Positions 47,000 through 56,834 of a stretch of 64,000 nucleotides of DNA are shown here, in pieces. The notes beneath the pieces were generated by a model. It saw nothing but the letters and a program-made list of their open reading frames with translations. It searched no databases and had not been told where the DNA came from. Both the position numbers and the translations under genes were made by a program. Origin of the DNA: a virus; the IMG/VR virus record IMGVR_UViG_3300031841_005424, positions 14,586-78,585 of that record; one strand, written 5' to 3'. The first letter of the stretch is position 1. Each line of letters begins with the position of its first letter.

Positions 47000-48760
47000 T
47001 TAGGCACCGGACTCACCGAGGAGACCACGGACAACAACAAGGCCGTACATGTCAGGACGTACCATCTTCTTGGCATAGCGCGTCATGACGCCCTTGCGAG
47101 GTACGAAGTCCTCGGTGCCAAAGATGGTGGGAGTGACCTGCAACGGTACGTATGGAGCATAAACGAAGCCGCTCTCGAGGAACGAGCTACCCTTACGACC
47201 AACGAGGATAACGTTGCGCAAGAAGTAAGGATCAACATAAACGTCGAACTTCTTGCTTAAGCTACCGGCGCGGACTGCGCCGATTGTGCCACGGTCCTGA
47301 TCAGCAGTAACGCTTGCGCGGAAACCGCTGGTGAACTCAAGGATGTTAGCAACCTCAGGCGAACAAACAACAAAGTTTGCACCACCGCGAAGTGTCTTTC
47401 TGTGGATCTGAGCGCTTACATCATTGATAGTCTCAATGAGTGTCTCATACCACTCGCTAACAGTACCAGTGAAGTCAGGAGCAAGTGCGCTTGCACCAAT
47501 TTCATTGCCGTTGCTGTCAACGAAAAGACCTGGTGCACGGCTCCAGTAGCGAGTACCAGCAGTTGCACCGTTTACAAGCTCACCTAGAAGCTCGCGGTCG
47601 ATTTCCAAAGCAATCTGCTCAGAAAGAATACCGGTAAGCTCAACCTCTGCGTCCAAGTTGTGATAGGCGTTAAGGTCCTGACCCAATTCTGGAGACCACT
47701 TTGCCTTCAACTTCTTGGTCTGAGCGGTAACAGCAATGCTATCGACCTTGATGTCGATTTCGGCGATAGTTGACTTAGGATCAGTTGCTGATCCTGCATT
47801 ACCAGTTCCTGGTCTTGGTTCTTCAAGACCCCATGGATCGTTACCAACAACAGAACCAACAGCGCCTCCGGCTTCGAACTGATCCACGATTGGATGTGTA
47901 AAAGCTATGGTAGCAGCCGCTGCAGGTGTTGGTGCACCGCCAGTCTGATGGATAACCGCAAGCAAGTTGCCGGATGCATCCAGCTGCGTCAATCTTCTGA
48001 TATGCTTACCAGCAGTCGTTGTTACAACGACGCCAGCAAGGTGACCTGAGTCGAGAGTCGAAGGGACCTCTGAAGCTGAAACGGCGAGTACAGAGATTTG
48101 ATCTGTGTCGTTGCTTGCCAAAAGATCAGCGTCATAACGAATAGCCTTAAGCGCAGCCTTACGGAAGTCTGTGTCGCCGAGCTTGATATTTGCTATTGTA
48201 GAAGCCGACAAAGAATAAACTCCGTTATCTACAAACTGGCTAGCCTGCATTGTGACGATGCCAGTAGCAGAACCAGAAGGAGCCGCAAAAGCATTACCAA
48301 GGTTGTAATGACCGCCGGCTCGGCCTTGGCTGTCAGCTGAAAGCTGAACACCACCAGTCAACTGACGACCGACGATGTTACCACCGTACACTGATAAGTC
48401 AGCCTCAGCACCAAGACGGCTGTCCTGATGTGTAAAGTCAAGGAAGAAGATGAGGCCAGATGGCAAGCTCATCGGCTGTACCGAGACAAGATCGTTAGCA
48501 ATCAATCCACCGAAAACACGGCGAACGATTGGGAAAGCAACTGCTGCGAAGCCTTCGACATCGCCAGCTGCCATAGAAGAAGCCTCACGGAGAAGCTCCT
48601 TGGCCTGGTTCTCAAGCAGAACGGCCATGCCCTGCTTCTGCTGTCCGTCGTTAAGTCCCTCAAGAAGACCAGTCTGCTCCCACTTGTTGAGCAGAGCCTC
48701 ACCTTCCTTGCGAACGTCACGAGTGACAACACCTTCAGTTAGTTTTTGTAATACAGACAT
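47000..48760 (-). CDS. Major capsid protein (T4 gp23-like)
   Basis: LLENQA, PIVRRVF, VQPMSLPSGLIF, KLKAKWSPEL.QDL.AYH.LDAE.EL, YAPYVPL, GVMTRYA. Confidence 0.97.
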   Translation of the reverse strand: MSVLQKLTEGVVTRDVRKEGEALLNKWEQTGLLEGLNDGQQKQGMAVLLENQAKELLREASSMAAGDVEGFAAVAFPIVRRVFGGLIANDLVSVQPMSLPSGLIFFLDFTHQDSRLGAEADLSVYGGNIVGRQLTGGVQLSADSQGRAGGHYNLGNAFAAPSGSATGIVTMQASQFVDNGVYSLSASTIANIKLGDTDFRKAALKAIRYDADLLASNDTDQISVLAVSASEVPSTLDSGHLAGVVVTTTAGKHIRRLTQLDASGNLLAVIHQTGGAPTPAAAATIAFTHPIVDQFEAGGAVGSVVGNDPWGLEEPRPGTGNAGSATDPKSTIAEIDIKVDSIAVTAQTKKLKAKWSPELGQDLNAYHNLDAEVELTGILSEQIALEIDRELLGELVNGATAGTRYWSRAPGLFVDSNGNEIGASALAPDFTGTVSEWYETLIETINDVSAQIHRKTLRGGANFVVCSPEVANILEFTSGFRASVTADQDRGTIGAVRAGSLSKKFDVYVDPYFLRNVILVGRKGSSFLESGFVYAPYVPLQVTPTIFGTEDFVPRKGVMTRYAKKMVRPDMYGLVVVRGLLGESGA

Positions 48761-48784
48761 TGTATTATACCTCCAAAAAATGTT

Positions 48785-49996
48785 TTATTTCGTTATACCT
48801 GCTAATCTTTGCAATCTTTCGAATGCGGGGTTAGCATTCCCCTTTTTTTGCTCTTCACGAGCGCTTACAAGCAGCGTAGACCTTCTAGAAACGGCTTCAC
48901 TGAGGCTATTGACCTTCTTCTCTGCAGGTGAAGAGGTGACAGTCTCAAGAAGTGTATCAAAGATTATCTTTGCTTCTTGTATAGTTTCGGCTTTCGAAAT
49001 GGATTCAACAATTCTTTCTTTTTGTCGCTCATTCAGGGAGGCATTTTCCAAAGCCCGACTAATATACAACAGCTTTGCGTTGGAGATATTTGCTGATTCC
49101 AACTTTTCTTGCAAAGTCTCTAGTGTTGTAACATATTGTTTGTTCTGCGCCTCTAATTTAGTGGCTGCAGAAGCTAAAACCTTGTTTTCTTCTTGAAGAC
49201 TTGCGACTGTTTTGCGCAATTCCTCATTTTCTTTTTTTGTTTCGCTATCTTGTTCTCTTGCAAGCAGCATAGACTCGTATTCTCTCATGATTGGCTCAGG
49301 AGTGCCGGCCCAACCAGACTTTTGGGGCTCAAAATCCACTCTAACTCTTTCCATGAGGTCATCTATATCAATTTCTTCATTATCCAGACCTAATTCACTT
49401 AGTGCTTCCGCTACCATTTCCGGTGTAAAAGCGCTATCAAGGTCCATAGAAGCGCCAGGATCAGCATCAAGATCAAAATCTGTGTCCAAATCGAGGTCTA
49501 TATCTTCATCGGAGTCTAAAGTTTCATCCTCATCTGTGATGTCTATGCCTAACTCTTCATCTTCAAGCTCATCATCACCACCAAAAAGGCCGTCTTCCTC
49601 TTCTGGCAGTTCTGCTCTGAGCGAATCTAACTTAATGCTAATAATCTCGTCTCCGGGGTCGCCCATGTCAGGGTCAAACGCATCGGGAATGTCAGCGACG
49701 GTGCTATCAGCGAACTCTTTAGCAGCTGCGTCGTCTTCTGTCTCAGCAGCATCATCCTCTAGGGGCATGTCATCCATAGCCCCAAGATCATCACCCATCT
49801 CATCGCCTAGATCTAGACCTAAATCGTCACCACCAAGCGCGCCGGGTAACTCGTCCGCATCCTGCTCTAGCAGTTTTTGCATTGCATCTTTAATTTCGTG
49901 AGAATACTTTTCTATGACGAGGTTTTCAGCGTTCTTAAGTGCCGATTCTTTGAGCGCTTTTGCATCGATAATGGCTCTTTCTAGTAGGCTTGACAT
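48785..49996 (-). CDS. Prohead scaffold/core protein
   Basis: Acidic middle, coiled coil, NAKLLY, C-terminal RLQRLAGI; directly upstream of the capsid gene. Confidence 0.8.
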   Translation of the reverse strand: MSSLLERAIIDAKALKESALKNAENLVIEKYSHEIKDAMQKLLEQDADELPGALGGDDLGLDLGDEMGDDLGAMDDMPLEDDAAETEDDAAAKEFADSTVADIPDAFDPDMGDPGDEIISIKLDSLRAELPEEEDGLFGGDDELEDEELGIDITDEDETLDSDEDIDLDLDTDFDLDADPGASMDLDSAFTPEMVAEALSELGLDNEEIDIDDLMERVRVDFEPQKSGWAGTPEPIMREYESMLLAREQDSETKKENEELRKTVASLQEENKVLASAATKLEAQNKQYVTTLETLQEKLESANISNAKLLYISRALENASLNERQKERIVESISKAETIQEAKIIFDTLLETVTSSPAEKKVNSLSEAVSRRSTLLVSAREEQKKGNANPAFERLQRLAGITK

Positions 49997-50065
49997 TCTT
50001 TTAAACTCCTAAATATTATAAAATATGACAAAATTCATACGACAAACAATAACAGTTTCTCTAAA

Positions 50066-50073
50066 TAAATAGT
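50066..50073 (-). promoter_or_regulatory. Putative late-promoter motif upstream of scaffold-capsid
   Basis: ACTATTTA. Confidence 0.65.
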
Positions 50074-50150
50074 GAATGTTTTTCTGAAAAGGCGTGAAAA
50101 AATAAAAGCACACTGCATGCAGGCCTGAGATGCGGTTTATAGCTAAAAAA

Positions 50151-51167
50151 TTATGTGAAGTTAGCGAGAACACTAACAGCGAAAGACGGACCTGAAGCTC
50201 CACTAGCATAATCAACGCCGTCGATGTCTTTACCATCCCAGGTTATGCCCAAAATGTCTCCTGCGGCAATGGTGCGATTGCCATCGGCTGATAAATCTTC
50301 AGAAGCAACTGCCCATTTTGCATTTACAGCCGTTGCGTTGACGGCGCCGGCCCCAATAGCAGTCCAAGTCATATTGGCATTAGAGTTGTCAGTGGGAGTA
50401 CATTTCCATAAACGGCAACGCCATCGTGCAGTATAGCCAGCCTGATAAAAATCAACCCTTATAGATTGTATTTCCATTCCAGCTGGAACTGACCAAAGCT
50501 GAAAATATGCTCCAGAATTCTGAACAGAAACAGAAAGTGTATCACCCGTTGCTGGTGAAGTTATAGATGTTCCGATGGCGAATCCCCAGTATCTTTCCTG
50601 ATTGCTGCCTGCCCAGTTATGGGCGTATATGTTTGCAGCGCTGCTGATTCTTGCATGACCATCTACTGTATATACATGTTGCGCCGTAGAAGAACTTCCT
50701 GAAGCATTAATAGTAAGAGTGTCACCTGACATTGAAGTTGTGCAGTTGGTTCCTCCCGAAATAGTAAGGGTATCACCCATTGTCATAGCCGTTGAGCCTG
50801 AATCGCCCGCGACTGTCAAGTCATCAACAACAAAATTTAAGACACCGTCACCAGAACCTGCTCCGTCGGTATACGTTACAGATATACCAGTTTCGGTGCC
50901 GCCTGTAACCATACCGCCAACAATATCTTCTACTTGTTCTTCAGTGAGGCCTCCGCCGCCTGCTGTCAGGTCTGTTTCCGCTAGTTCGTTTGAAATCCAA
51001 TACAGTTTTCCGTCAGCTTTAGCGTAAAGAATGCCGCCATCGCCGTCGGCCGGTGCTGCTGGGTTTAAGTTTTCCCCTACTGAGACGACACCGAACGATG
51101 CCGAGTTGGTTGTTGTTATGGTACTACCGCCAAGATCACCGCCTGGGCCTGAAGTAAAAGTACTCAT
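50151..51167 (-). CDS. Putative virion structural/fibre protein
   Basis: Gly/Ser/Thr-rich; EQVEDIVGGMV and AGDSG units; start MSTFTS via TAATG coupling. Confidence 0.6.
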   Translation of the reverse strand: MSTFTSGPGGDLGGSTITTTNSASFGVVSVGENLNPAAPADGDGGILYAKADGKLYWISNELAETDLTAGGGGLTEEQVEDIVGGMVTGGTETGISVTYTDGAGSGDGVLNFVVDDLTVAGDSGSTAMTMGDTLTISGGTNCTTSMSGDTLTINASGSSSTAQHVYTVDGHARISSAANIYAHNWAGSNQERYWGFAIGTSITSPATGDTLSVSVQNSGAYFQLWSVPAGMEIQSIRVDFYQAGYTARWRCRLWKCTPTDNSNANMTWTAIGAGAVNATAVNAKWAVASEDLSADGNRTIAAGDILGITWDGKDIDGVDYASGASGPSFAVSVLANFT

Positions 51168-51697
51168 TACGGAACCTCTGTGACTTCTGCCGAGCAACTA
51201 AGGGCAAATACTTGAGCTGGGGCTGTATCAACGCCCTTATATCCTGTTGCAGGAATATCACTCTCTACGGAAGAATCATAAGTGTGTAACCTAGAGCCAA
51301 GAATGTCTGTTAATTCAGCAAAAATCTCAAAAGTAGCGTTGGCACCTGGGGCAGTTAAGAATATTTCCTTTGCACGAACGTTCATTGTTAAGGCTTGGTT
51401 TTTAGAATCTAGAGTAAAATAATGCAATCCCGTGTCCCACCCTGGATCAGTCGGGTTTGCTCCAGAAACACTGGAGAAATGAATCTGGATGTCATCTGAT
51501 GCTGCATCTTTATTTACTACGGTGATAGCTCTTGTTACGTATGGAAAAGAAACCCTTACTGTTCCCCCTGAGCCTGAAACCTCTCCTCCTGCTATAAATG
51601 GGCGGGCACCAATCATATATGCACCAGTTGAGCGCGCACCAGGTGAGCCATAGTTTCTAAACTCTGATGCTGGTGGTGTGTTACTAAATCCTGCCAT
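51167..51697 (-). CDS. Putative virion (decoration-like) beta protein
   Basis: 176 aa, head-module context. Confidence 0.55.
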   Translation of the reverse strand: MAGFSNTPPASEFRNYGSPGARSTGAYMIGARPFIAGGEVSGSGGTVRVSFPYVTRAITVVNKDAASDDIQIHFSSVSGANPTDPGWDTGLHYFTLDSKNQALTMNVRAKEIFLTAPGANATFEIFAELTDILGSRLHTYDSSVESDIPATGYKGVDTAPAQVFALSCSAEVTEVP

Positions 51698-51717
51698 TGT
51701 TTTTTACTCCGGTTGTG

Positions 51718-51957
51718 TTATCTATATTCGTTTTCTAAACGCTTTTTTTCTTTTGCGTTTGCCATCTTAATTAGTCTCTGTTTTTCTAATTTCTTCTTTC
51801 TTCTCTTGACGGATGGTTTCGTGAAATATCGGCGTTCGCGAACTTCATCTAATATTCCGCATTTCTTTACCTTTCTAGTAAACTTTTTGATCATTCTTTC
51901 TATTTGTTCTTGATCTCTCACATATATCTCAACATGTACTGGTGTTCTTCTACCCAT
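51718..51957 (-). CDS. rpsU: Ribosomal protein bS21
   Basis: IERMIKKFTRKVKKCGILDEVRERRYFTKPSVKRR matches the bS21 consensus. Confidence 0.93.
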   Translation of the reverse strand: MGRRTPVHVEIYVRDQEQIERMIKKFTRKVKKCGILDEVRERRYFTKPSVKRRKKKLEKQRLIKMANAKEKKRLENEYR

Positions 51958-51967
51958 TATAAAATCC

Positions 51968-52387
51968 TTATTTTAATTGCTGCCATTTTCTGCCAGCCAA
52001 ATTCATTAAACCTGTGATATCTATCCCTGCATCGCTAGGGTCAACTCCTGAAAGAGGACCCTGGACTTGTGGGCCCGATGAGACGCTGCCTGCAGATGAT
52101 AACGGCTCTGTTCCCTCAAAGACGTTTGCCATCTTTGTGCTACCAATAGCATCTAGCATCTTTCTTTTTGTTTCCAAAAGCTTTTTTCTTTTCTCTTCTG
52201 TTTGTTCTTCAGATATCTTTGCTTGCAAAGCCTGTGAAGCCTGTGGTGATTTTGTTTCTGTTACTATCTGTTGAGATTTCATGATTCCGGATGCTACTTC
52301 TGCTACGATTCCCGACAAAATTCCCTCTTCAAATAGGGCTTCTCTTACGCATTCTTTTATTAATGCTTTTAGTTCAGATCTTTTCAT
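51968..52387 (-). CDS. Hypothetical protein (head module)
   Basis: MKRSELKALIKECVREAL N-terminus. Confidence 0.7.
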   Translation of the reverse strand: MKRSELKALIKECVREALFEEGILSGIVAEVASGIMKSQQIVTETKSPQASQALQAKISEEQTEEKRKKLLETKRKMLDAIGSTKMANVFEGTEPLSSAGSVSSGPQVQGPLSGVDPSDAGIDITGLMNLAGRKWQQLK

Positions 52388-52401
52388 ATCCTATTTACCA
52401 C

Positions 52402-53004
52402 TCAATCGAACTTATACAGTATGCTACTAATAGCCCTGTTGATTCTATCTTCTTTTACAGAGACTTTGGATGGGTCTCTTGCTTCTGTCATCATAAAGGC
52501 TCCGGAAGTAGAGGGGTCAGAAACTATATCAAAGCATATTAACTGAAAGTCGTCTTCTACTAGAGTGATACCGTTCGATTCGCGAACTGAGCCGGTTCCT
52601 CGAGATGATATGCCAATAGGGATACCTTCTTTTACCAATCCGGCCAAGATCTTACCCATGGGCGTTTCTTGTAAAACCTTGATCTTGCCCATCACTTTGT
52701 TACCTTCCATCCAAATCTTTGTTACATTGTGGGAAACATTCTTTAATTCCACAATGCTGGAATCTGGGTGATCAAGTTCGCCTAAGGCCCTGCCGGCATC
52801 GACGAGTTTACTGTACCTCTCAACCTCTCTCAAAAGAGTATCCTTCTTATAGATACGACCATTGCCATTTTCCTTTTCTGCTTCTTGCATTAAGCCAGAA
52901 AGAATCATGCCGCCGTCTCTTATATACTGCTTTTCTGATTCGGTTAGAAGATCTTGGCAGACTCCGCCTTCGCAAAGTTCAAAATATTCTCTTATTAACT
53001 TCAT
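52402..53004 (-). CDS. Prohead protease (T4 gp21-like)
   Basis: NGNGRIY, ALGELDHP, VSH, GISSRGTGS, FDIVSDPS. Confidence 0.95.
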   Translation of the reverse strand: MKLIREYFELCEGGVCQDLLTESEKQYIRDGGMILSGLMQEAEKENGNGRIYKKDTLLREVERYSKLVDAGRALGELDHPDSSIVELKNVSHNVTKIWMEGNKVMGKIKVLQETPMGKILAGLVKEGIPIGISSRGTGSVRESNGITLVEDDFQLICFDIVSDPSTSGAFMMTEARDPSKVSVKEDRINRAISSILYKFD

Positions 53005-53046
53005 CTCTTTCCTCTAATATTATCGCGCGGGGATCACCCGCGTCAT

Positions 53047-53112
53047 CTACGAGCCTTTACAGCAATTTGCTACCGGTCTAATATACCATCGTATGGTCGC
53101 GAAGGATTGCAT
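53047..53112 (-). CDS. 21-aa micro-ORF MQSFATIRWYIRPVANCCKGS
   Basis: GGAG SD, ATG 2 nt after the upstream stop, fills the intergenic gap. Confidence 0.5.
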   Translation of the reverse strand: MQSFATIRWYIRPVANCCKGS

Positions 53113-53113
53113 A

Positions 53114-53431
53114 TTACTCCTTTTCCTCGTGGACGGCTACAATGTCCACCTTAAAACCATGATCATCAAAAATGATATCAATTATGTAACTAACCAACGA
53201 ACTAATACACCCTAACAAAAATGCTGTAACAATTGAATAGTCAAAACTAAATAGTGCTGTTTGGCCGTTTAAAGCCCACAAAAATATACCAACCCAAAAG
53301 CCAGTGCACATAGAACAGGATAGAAGTTGCCCCACCCAGCCTTGAGTGGGGCGGATTTTATCAAAGATTTTGCCGTATACTAAGATCTGTGTTAGGCCAG
53401 CAGCTGCAAGACAAAAATAGACGAAGTTCAT
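53114..53431 (-). CDS. DUF1360-like membrane protein
   Basis: GQLLSCSMCTGFWVG motif, three TM segments. Confidence 0.65.
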   Translation of the reverse strand: MNFVYFCLAAAGLTQILVYGKIFDKIRPTQGWVGQLLSCSMCTGFWVGIFLWALNGQTALFSFDYSIVTAFLLGCISSLVSYIIDIIFDDHGFKVDIVAVHEEKE

Positions 53432-53973
53432 TCTTCCTCTTTTTTGTGTTCGCGGACTAAGGAGTAGTTATACATAAAACCATATGGCCTTATTCCAGGG
53501 TGTAGTGAGCCCTTCTGGGCATCGTGAGGAACATCACCAAGATCTGTTGAGTCTTCATCTTTGGGGTGGAGCAGGTGATCCAAACGCTCACTATCAAATT
53601 CACTAGACGTTTTAAAGAATGGCTTCTCTTGGTTGAGATATTCGCTCAAAACATAAAGACATGCTTGTATATTATCTACTCCAGGTATGGAGGAGTCCAA
53701 TATCTTTGCCTCAAAAGATCCATGTATGTTCCCGCCTCTGACTGAGGATCCGTCGACTACACCTCTTTTTGTGAGGTAACTAAACATTCTGTCTTGAGCC
53801 TCGTAAGCTTTGTCGTTCATTCTTTCCTTTGGAAAAGCAATGCACTTTTTTGCCGTAAGCGACAATACAACATCTATATCCTCATGATCGAAGATCATCA
53901 CGTTCCCATCAAGAGTTCGCCTGGCTTTTAACTTTATTGTTGGGTTCTGTTTTATATCAACTGATATCGTCAT
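53428..53973 (-). CDS. Hypothetical protein
   Basis: 181 aa, coupled to neighbours. Confidence 0.7.
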   Translation of the reverse strand: MTISVDIKQNPTIKLKARRTLDGNVMIFDHEDIDVVLSLTAKKCIAFPKERMNDKAYEAQDRMFSYLTKRGVVDGSSVRGGNIHGSFEAKILDSSIPGVDNIQACLYVLSEYLNQEKPFFKTSSEFDSERLDHLLHPKDEDSTDLGDVPHDAQKGSLHPGIRPYGFMYNYSLVREHKKEEE

Positions 53974-54802
53974 CTTTCTTTATCTCTTCTACCAATTCTT
54001 GCGTCTTTAGGACTATCTCTATAAAATCTGTATCTATTTCTTTTTCTCTGTAGGATTCCAATATAGAATATACCTTACCTATCTTCTCTTTTAAAGCAGG
54101 ACTTCCTAAAACTGCTGGTGATTCTTGGAATCTTTCAAGATCTTCTTTTAGGGCTCCAACTTCTTCATTTAAATAGAATTTTAAGTCTAGACCGTTGTCT
54201 GAAAAGGATGCTATATACTTTCCTAAAAGCGTCTTTTGGTTTTCGCTAAGCATATCAGAATACTCTTCATTAAACTTTGAAACAAAAGTGTTATATACAA
54301 TATTGTCTATCGGCATTTGCTCCGCATCCTCTGTTGCAGGGGCGCCAATAGAGGCTGACATTTGGTTTATAATGCTTTCCTCTAAGAGAACCCTATCCTT
54401 TACCGGTAATGTTTCTTGAAATATTGAATATATTGTTGCCAAGTTTTTATAGTTTGGTACAAAGTTGTTGAATATGTTTTTTGAGAGTGTTTTGTTTATT
54501 TTATTGATCAAGGCAGACTGCTCCCGAAAGACCGTGCTTCTATCGAGACTTGAGTAGCGCTCTTTAGCTTCAACCACTATCTTCTCTGCTAATCGCTTTT
54601 CAATGTCCTTTGTTTCGTAAACACTCTTGTATAGATCTAACTCCTTGCTAAGCTCTGTGTCTCTCGCAAAGTGTTCTTTCATAATTGAGACAATCTTCAT
54701 TTGCTTGTTTTTGTTGTTTTTTACAACTGACTTGGTAAGCTCTCTAACTAGCGCCTCATAAACAAAAGCGGTATTTCTCTTCTTATTGTGCTTCAATCTC
54801 AT
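53957..54802 (-). CDS. Hypothetical head-module protein
   Basis: KHNKKRNTAFVYEAL N-terminus; lies between portal and protease. Confidence 0.7.
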   Translation of the reverse strand: MRLKHNKKRNTAFVYEALVRELTKSVVKNNKNKQMKIVSIMKEHFARDTELSKELDLYKSVYETKDIEKRLAEKIVVEAKERYSSLDRSTVFREQSALINKINKTLSKNIFNNFVPNYKNLATIYSIFQETLPVKDRVLLEESIINQMSASIGAPATEDAEQMPIDNIVYNTFVSKFNEEYSDMLSENQKTLLGKYIASFSDNGLDLKFYLNEEVGALKEDLERFQESPAVLGSPALKEKIGKVYSILESYREKEIDTDFIEIVLKTQELVEEIKKDDDIS

Positions 54803-56831
54803 CTTTATTGTTCCTCGATTTTAAATCTAAGTTCTCAAACAAATTCTTCAACTCTTCTTGATCTTTAATGAGCTGCTCTTCCTGTTCCTTAGAGTAAATA
54901 GTTAGCTTACTCTCATAAACACTGGTGCCTCGTATCAGGCTAGACAATTCTGACTCTCCTGGGAGTGTTTTTCTTTTTGTTCCTGTCTCTGGGCTTGCTG
55001 CTCTGGCCATATTCTTTTTGGTTGGTCCCGACTTTTCTCTTCTGTCGCCACCAGCAAAATTAGAGCGAGGCTCGTACCAGCCGTGTGACTTTGCTGTTGT
55101 AGTCTTAGTTTTTCCATCTTCTCGCTTTGTTCGCTTGCCAATCCCATCATCACGCTTAGCGGGTGGCGCTGCGAGCAATTCTCCCTCTTCTGGCTCGGCC
55201 GGAGCCTCACCACCCAGCTCTTCTCCTCCCAGCTCAGCACCAAGATCAGCCTCGTCTCCTGTTGGCACTCCAAGTTCTGGCTCCATCCCGACCGCACCTA
55301 AGCCACCTTCTTCACCCATATCCCCTGCAAGGTCTCCACCGGGTGCAGTAGCTGCAGCCTGCTCTGCCTCTGCGGCCGTCTCCAAAGCTGCTTCAAAGCG
55401 TCGGTCATAGAACATCTCTCGACGGTTACGAACAAATTCCTCATCAGACATGCCAAATAACTTCTTTGCAAGCCACTGCTTCGAGAAGAAGCCCTCTGTC
55501 GCTGATGAGGCAATATCAAACTTTGTTTTCCAGTGTTCAAGCTCTTGCATCTCAGCGATCTTTGAAGGGTTGTTTAGGTGGCACTTAAAGCCCACTAGGT
55601 CTTCTGCTCTGTATCCAAGAGTGTATAGATGTATGATGCCAACCTTTTCTAGTTCTGTTAAAATAGATCGCTGCAAGCGCTGAATGGTTCTAGCAAACCT
55701 AATGTCCTTCTGTGCTAGCGTAGTCTTATCTTCTGCTGCTTTGTCTGAATCAGACGTCAGATATGAGGCCGGGATCTTTAATGCTGAAAATAGTTTATCT
55801 CTGAGGTACTTTACATCGTCAATATCTCCCGTATATTTACCACCTCCAAGAGACTCAATCTTAGTGCCACTAGTTCCACCTCTAACTGGAATAAAGAAAT
55901 CTTCTTCAACAGACAGAGGATTATAACGAAGGTCTACGCGGCCTGTGTCAGGATCAACAACTTGGTTTCTCTTCATCTGGGTCATTGCTTTCTGCATGTA
56001 TTGCTCTATATCCTGTGGAGGGATTGCGCCAACATCAATATAGAACACCCTCCTATCCGGGGATCTAACAATTCGATATGCCATCATCGCATCCTCAAGC
56101 AGGGTGAGCTGGCGCCAAATACGGCGTGCTGGCTCTAAGACCGATGTTCCATAAGGATTATATTTGTCATTACCCAAGATCCTAAAGTGTGCTATTTGCC
56201 AGTTTTCAAACGTTAAGCCGGCTGTGTTCCACTGGTATTGAATATAGTTTGGATTGCCTTTGTCTTCTCCTTCTAGTCTTTCAACTTCAGCGGTCGGCAG
56301 TCCAATGGCACTAGTAATGCCCAGTTTCTCATCGAGGTCCAAATATAAGAAAAAGTCACCATACTTACACATAGCACGACACCAAGAAAATAAGTTATAC
56401 TCTATATTCAAGATATCGTAATAGAGAGTCTCAAGAATCATCTTTATTTCTTCATTATCACAGTTTATAGATAAGACCTTGTTTAGCGCGCTGTGTGTTG
56501 TCATCTCATCAGCATAAATATCCATTGCTGATGCTATCTCTGGTGTGTATTCCATTTGGTCAAAATCAACATACCGCTCTGTTCTTGCTTGGCTAGCCAT
56601 TGCTTGTGCTTGCAAGTTATCATAGGGGTTGTACGCTGTTTTCTTAAAGTCCCGGCCCGAGGCAGAAGTGAACCTAGAAGAATACTTGTCTAAGTCTATT
56701 CTTCTTAATCGATGGTTTGTTTGTGTTCTATAGTTAGTTAAAGGCCCAGAAAGTAATCTTGTTAACCTTCTAAACAATAAGCTTTGTGGATTTCTTGGAT
56801 TGTTCTTATTTGTTTTTCTCTTATCTGCCAT
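54783..56831 (-). CDS. Portal protein (T4 gp20-like)
   Basis: LEDAMMAYRIVRSPDRRVFYIDVG, EDFFIPVR, DDVKYL, ALKIP. Confidence 0.96.
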   Translation of the reverse strand: MADKRKTNKNNPRNPQSLLFRRLTRLLSGPLTNYRTQTNHRLRRIDLDKYSSRFTSASGRDFKKTAYNPYDNLQAQAMASQARTERYVDFDQMEYTPEIASAMDIYADEMTTHSALNKVLSINCDNEEIKMILETLYYDILNIEYNLFSWCRAMCKYGDFFLYLDLDEKLGITSAIGLPTAEVERLEGEDKGNPNYIQYQWNTAGLTFENWQIAHFRILGNDKYNPYGTSVLEPARRIWRQLTLLEDAMMAYRIVRSPDRRVFYIDVGAIPPQDIEQYMQKAMTQMKRNQVVDPDTGRVDLRYNPLSVEEDFFIPVRGGTSGTKIESLGGGKYTGDIDDVKYLRDKLFSALKIPASYLTSDSDKAAEDKTTLAQKDIRFARTIQRLQRSILTELEKVGIIHLYTLGYRAEDLVGFKCHLNNPSKIAEMQELEHWKTKFDIASSATEGFFSKQWLAKKLFGMSDEEFVRNRREMFYDRRFEAALETAAEAEQAAATAPGGDLAGDMGEEGGLGAVGMEPELGVPTGDEADLGAELGGEELGGEAPAEPEEGELLAAPPAKRDDGIGKRTKREDGKTKTTTAKSHGWYEPRSNFAGGDRREKSGPTKKNMARAASPETGTKRKTLPGESELSSLIRGTSVYESKLTIYSKEQEEQLIKDQEELKNLFENLDLKSRNNKDEIEAQ

Positions 56832-56834
56832 TTG

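Noticed and set aside
53026-53049. Selenocysteine/pyrrolysine recoding at the micro-ORF stop
   Set aside because: The stop is TAG rather than TGA, readthrough would add only 9 residues, and no supporting machinery is present
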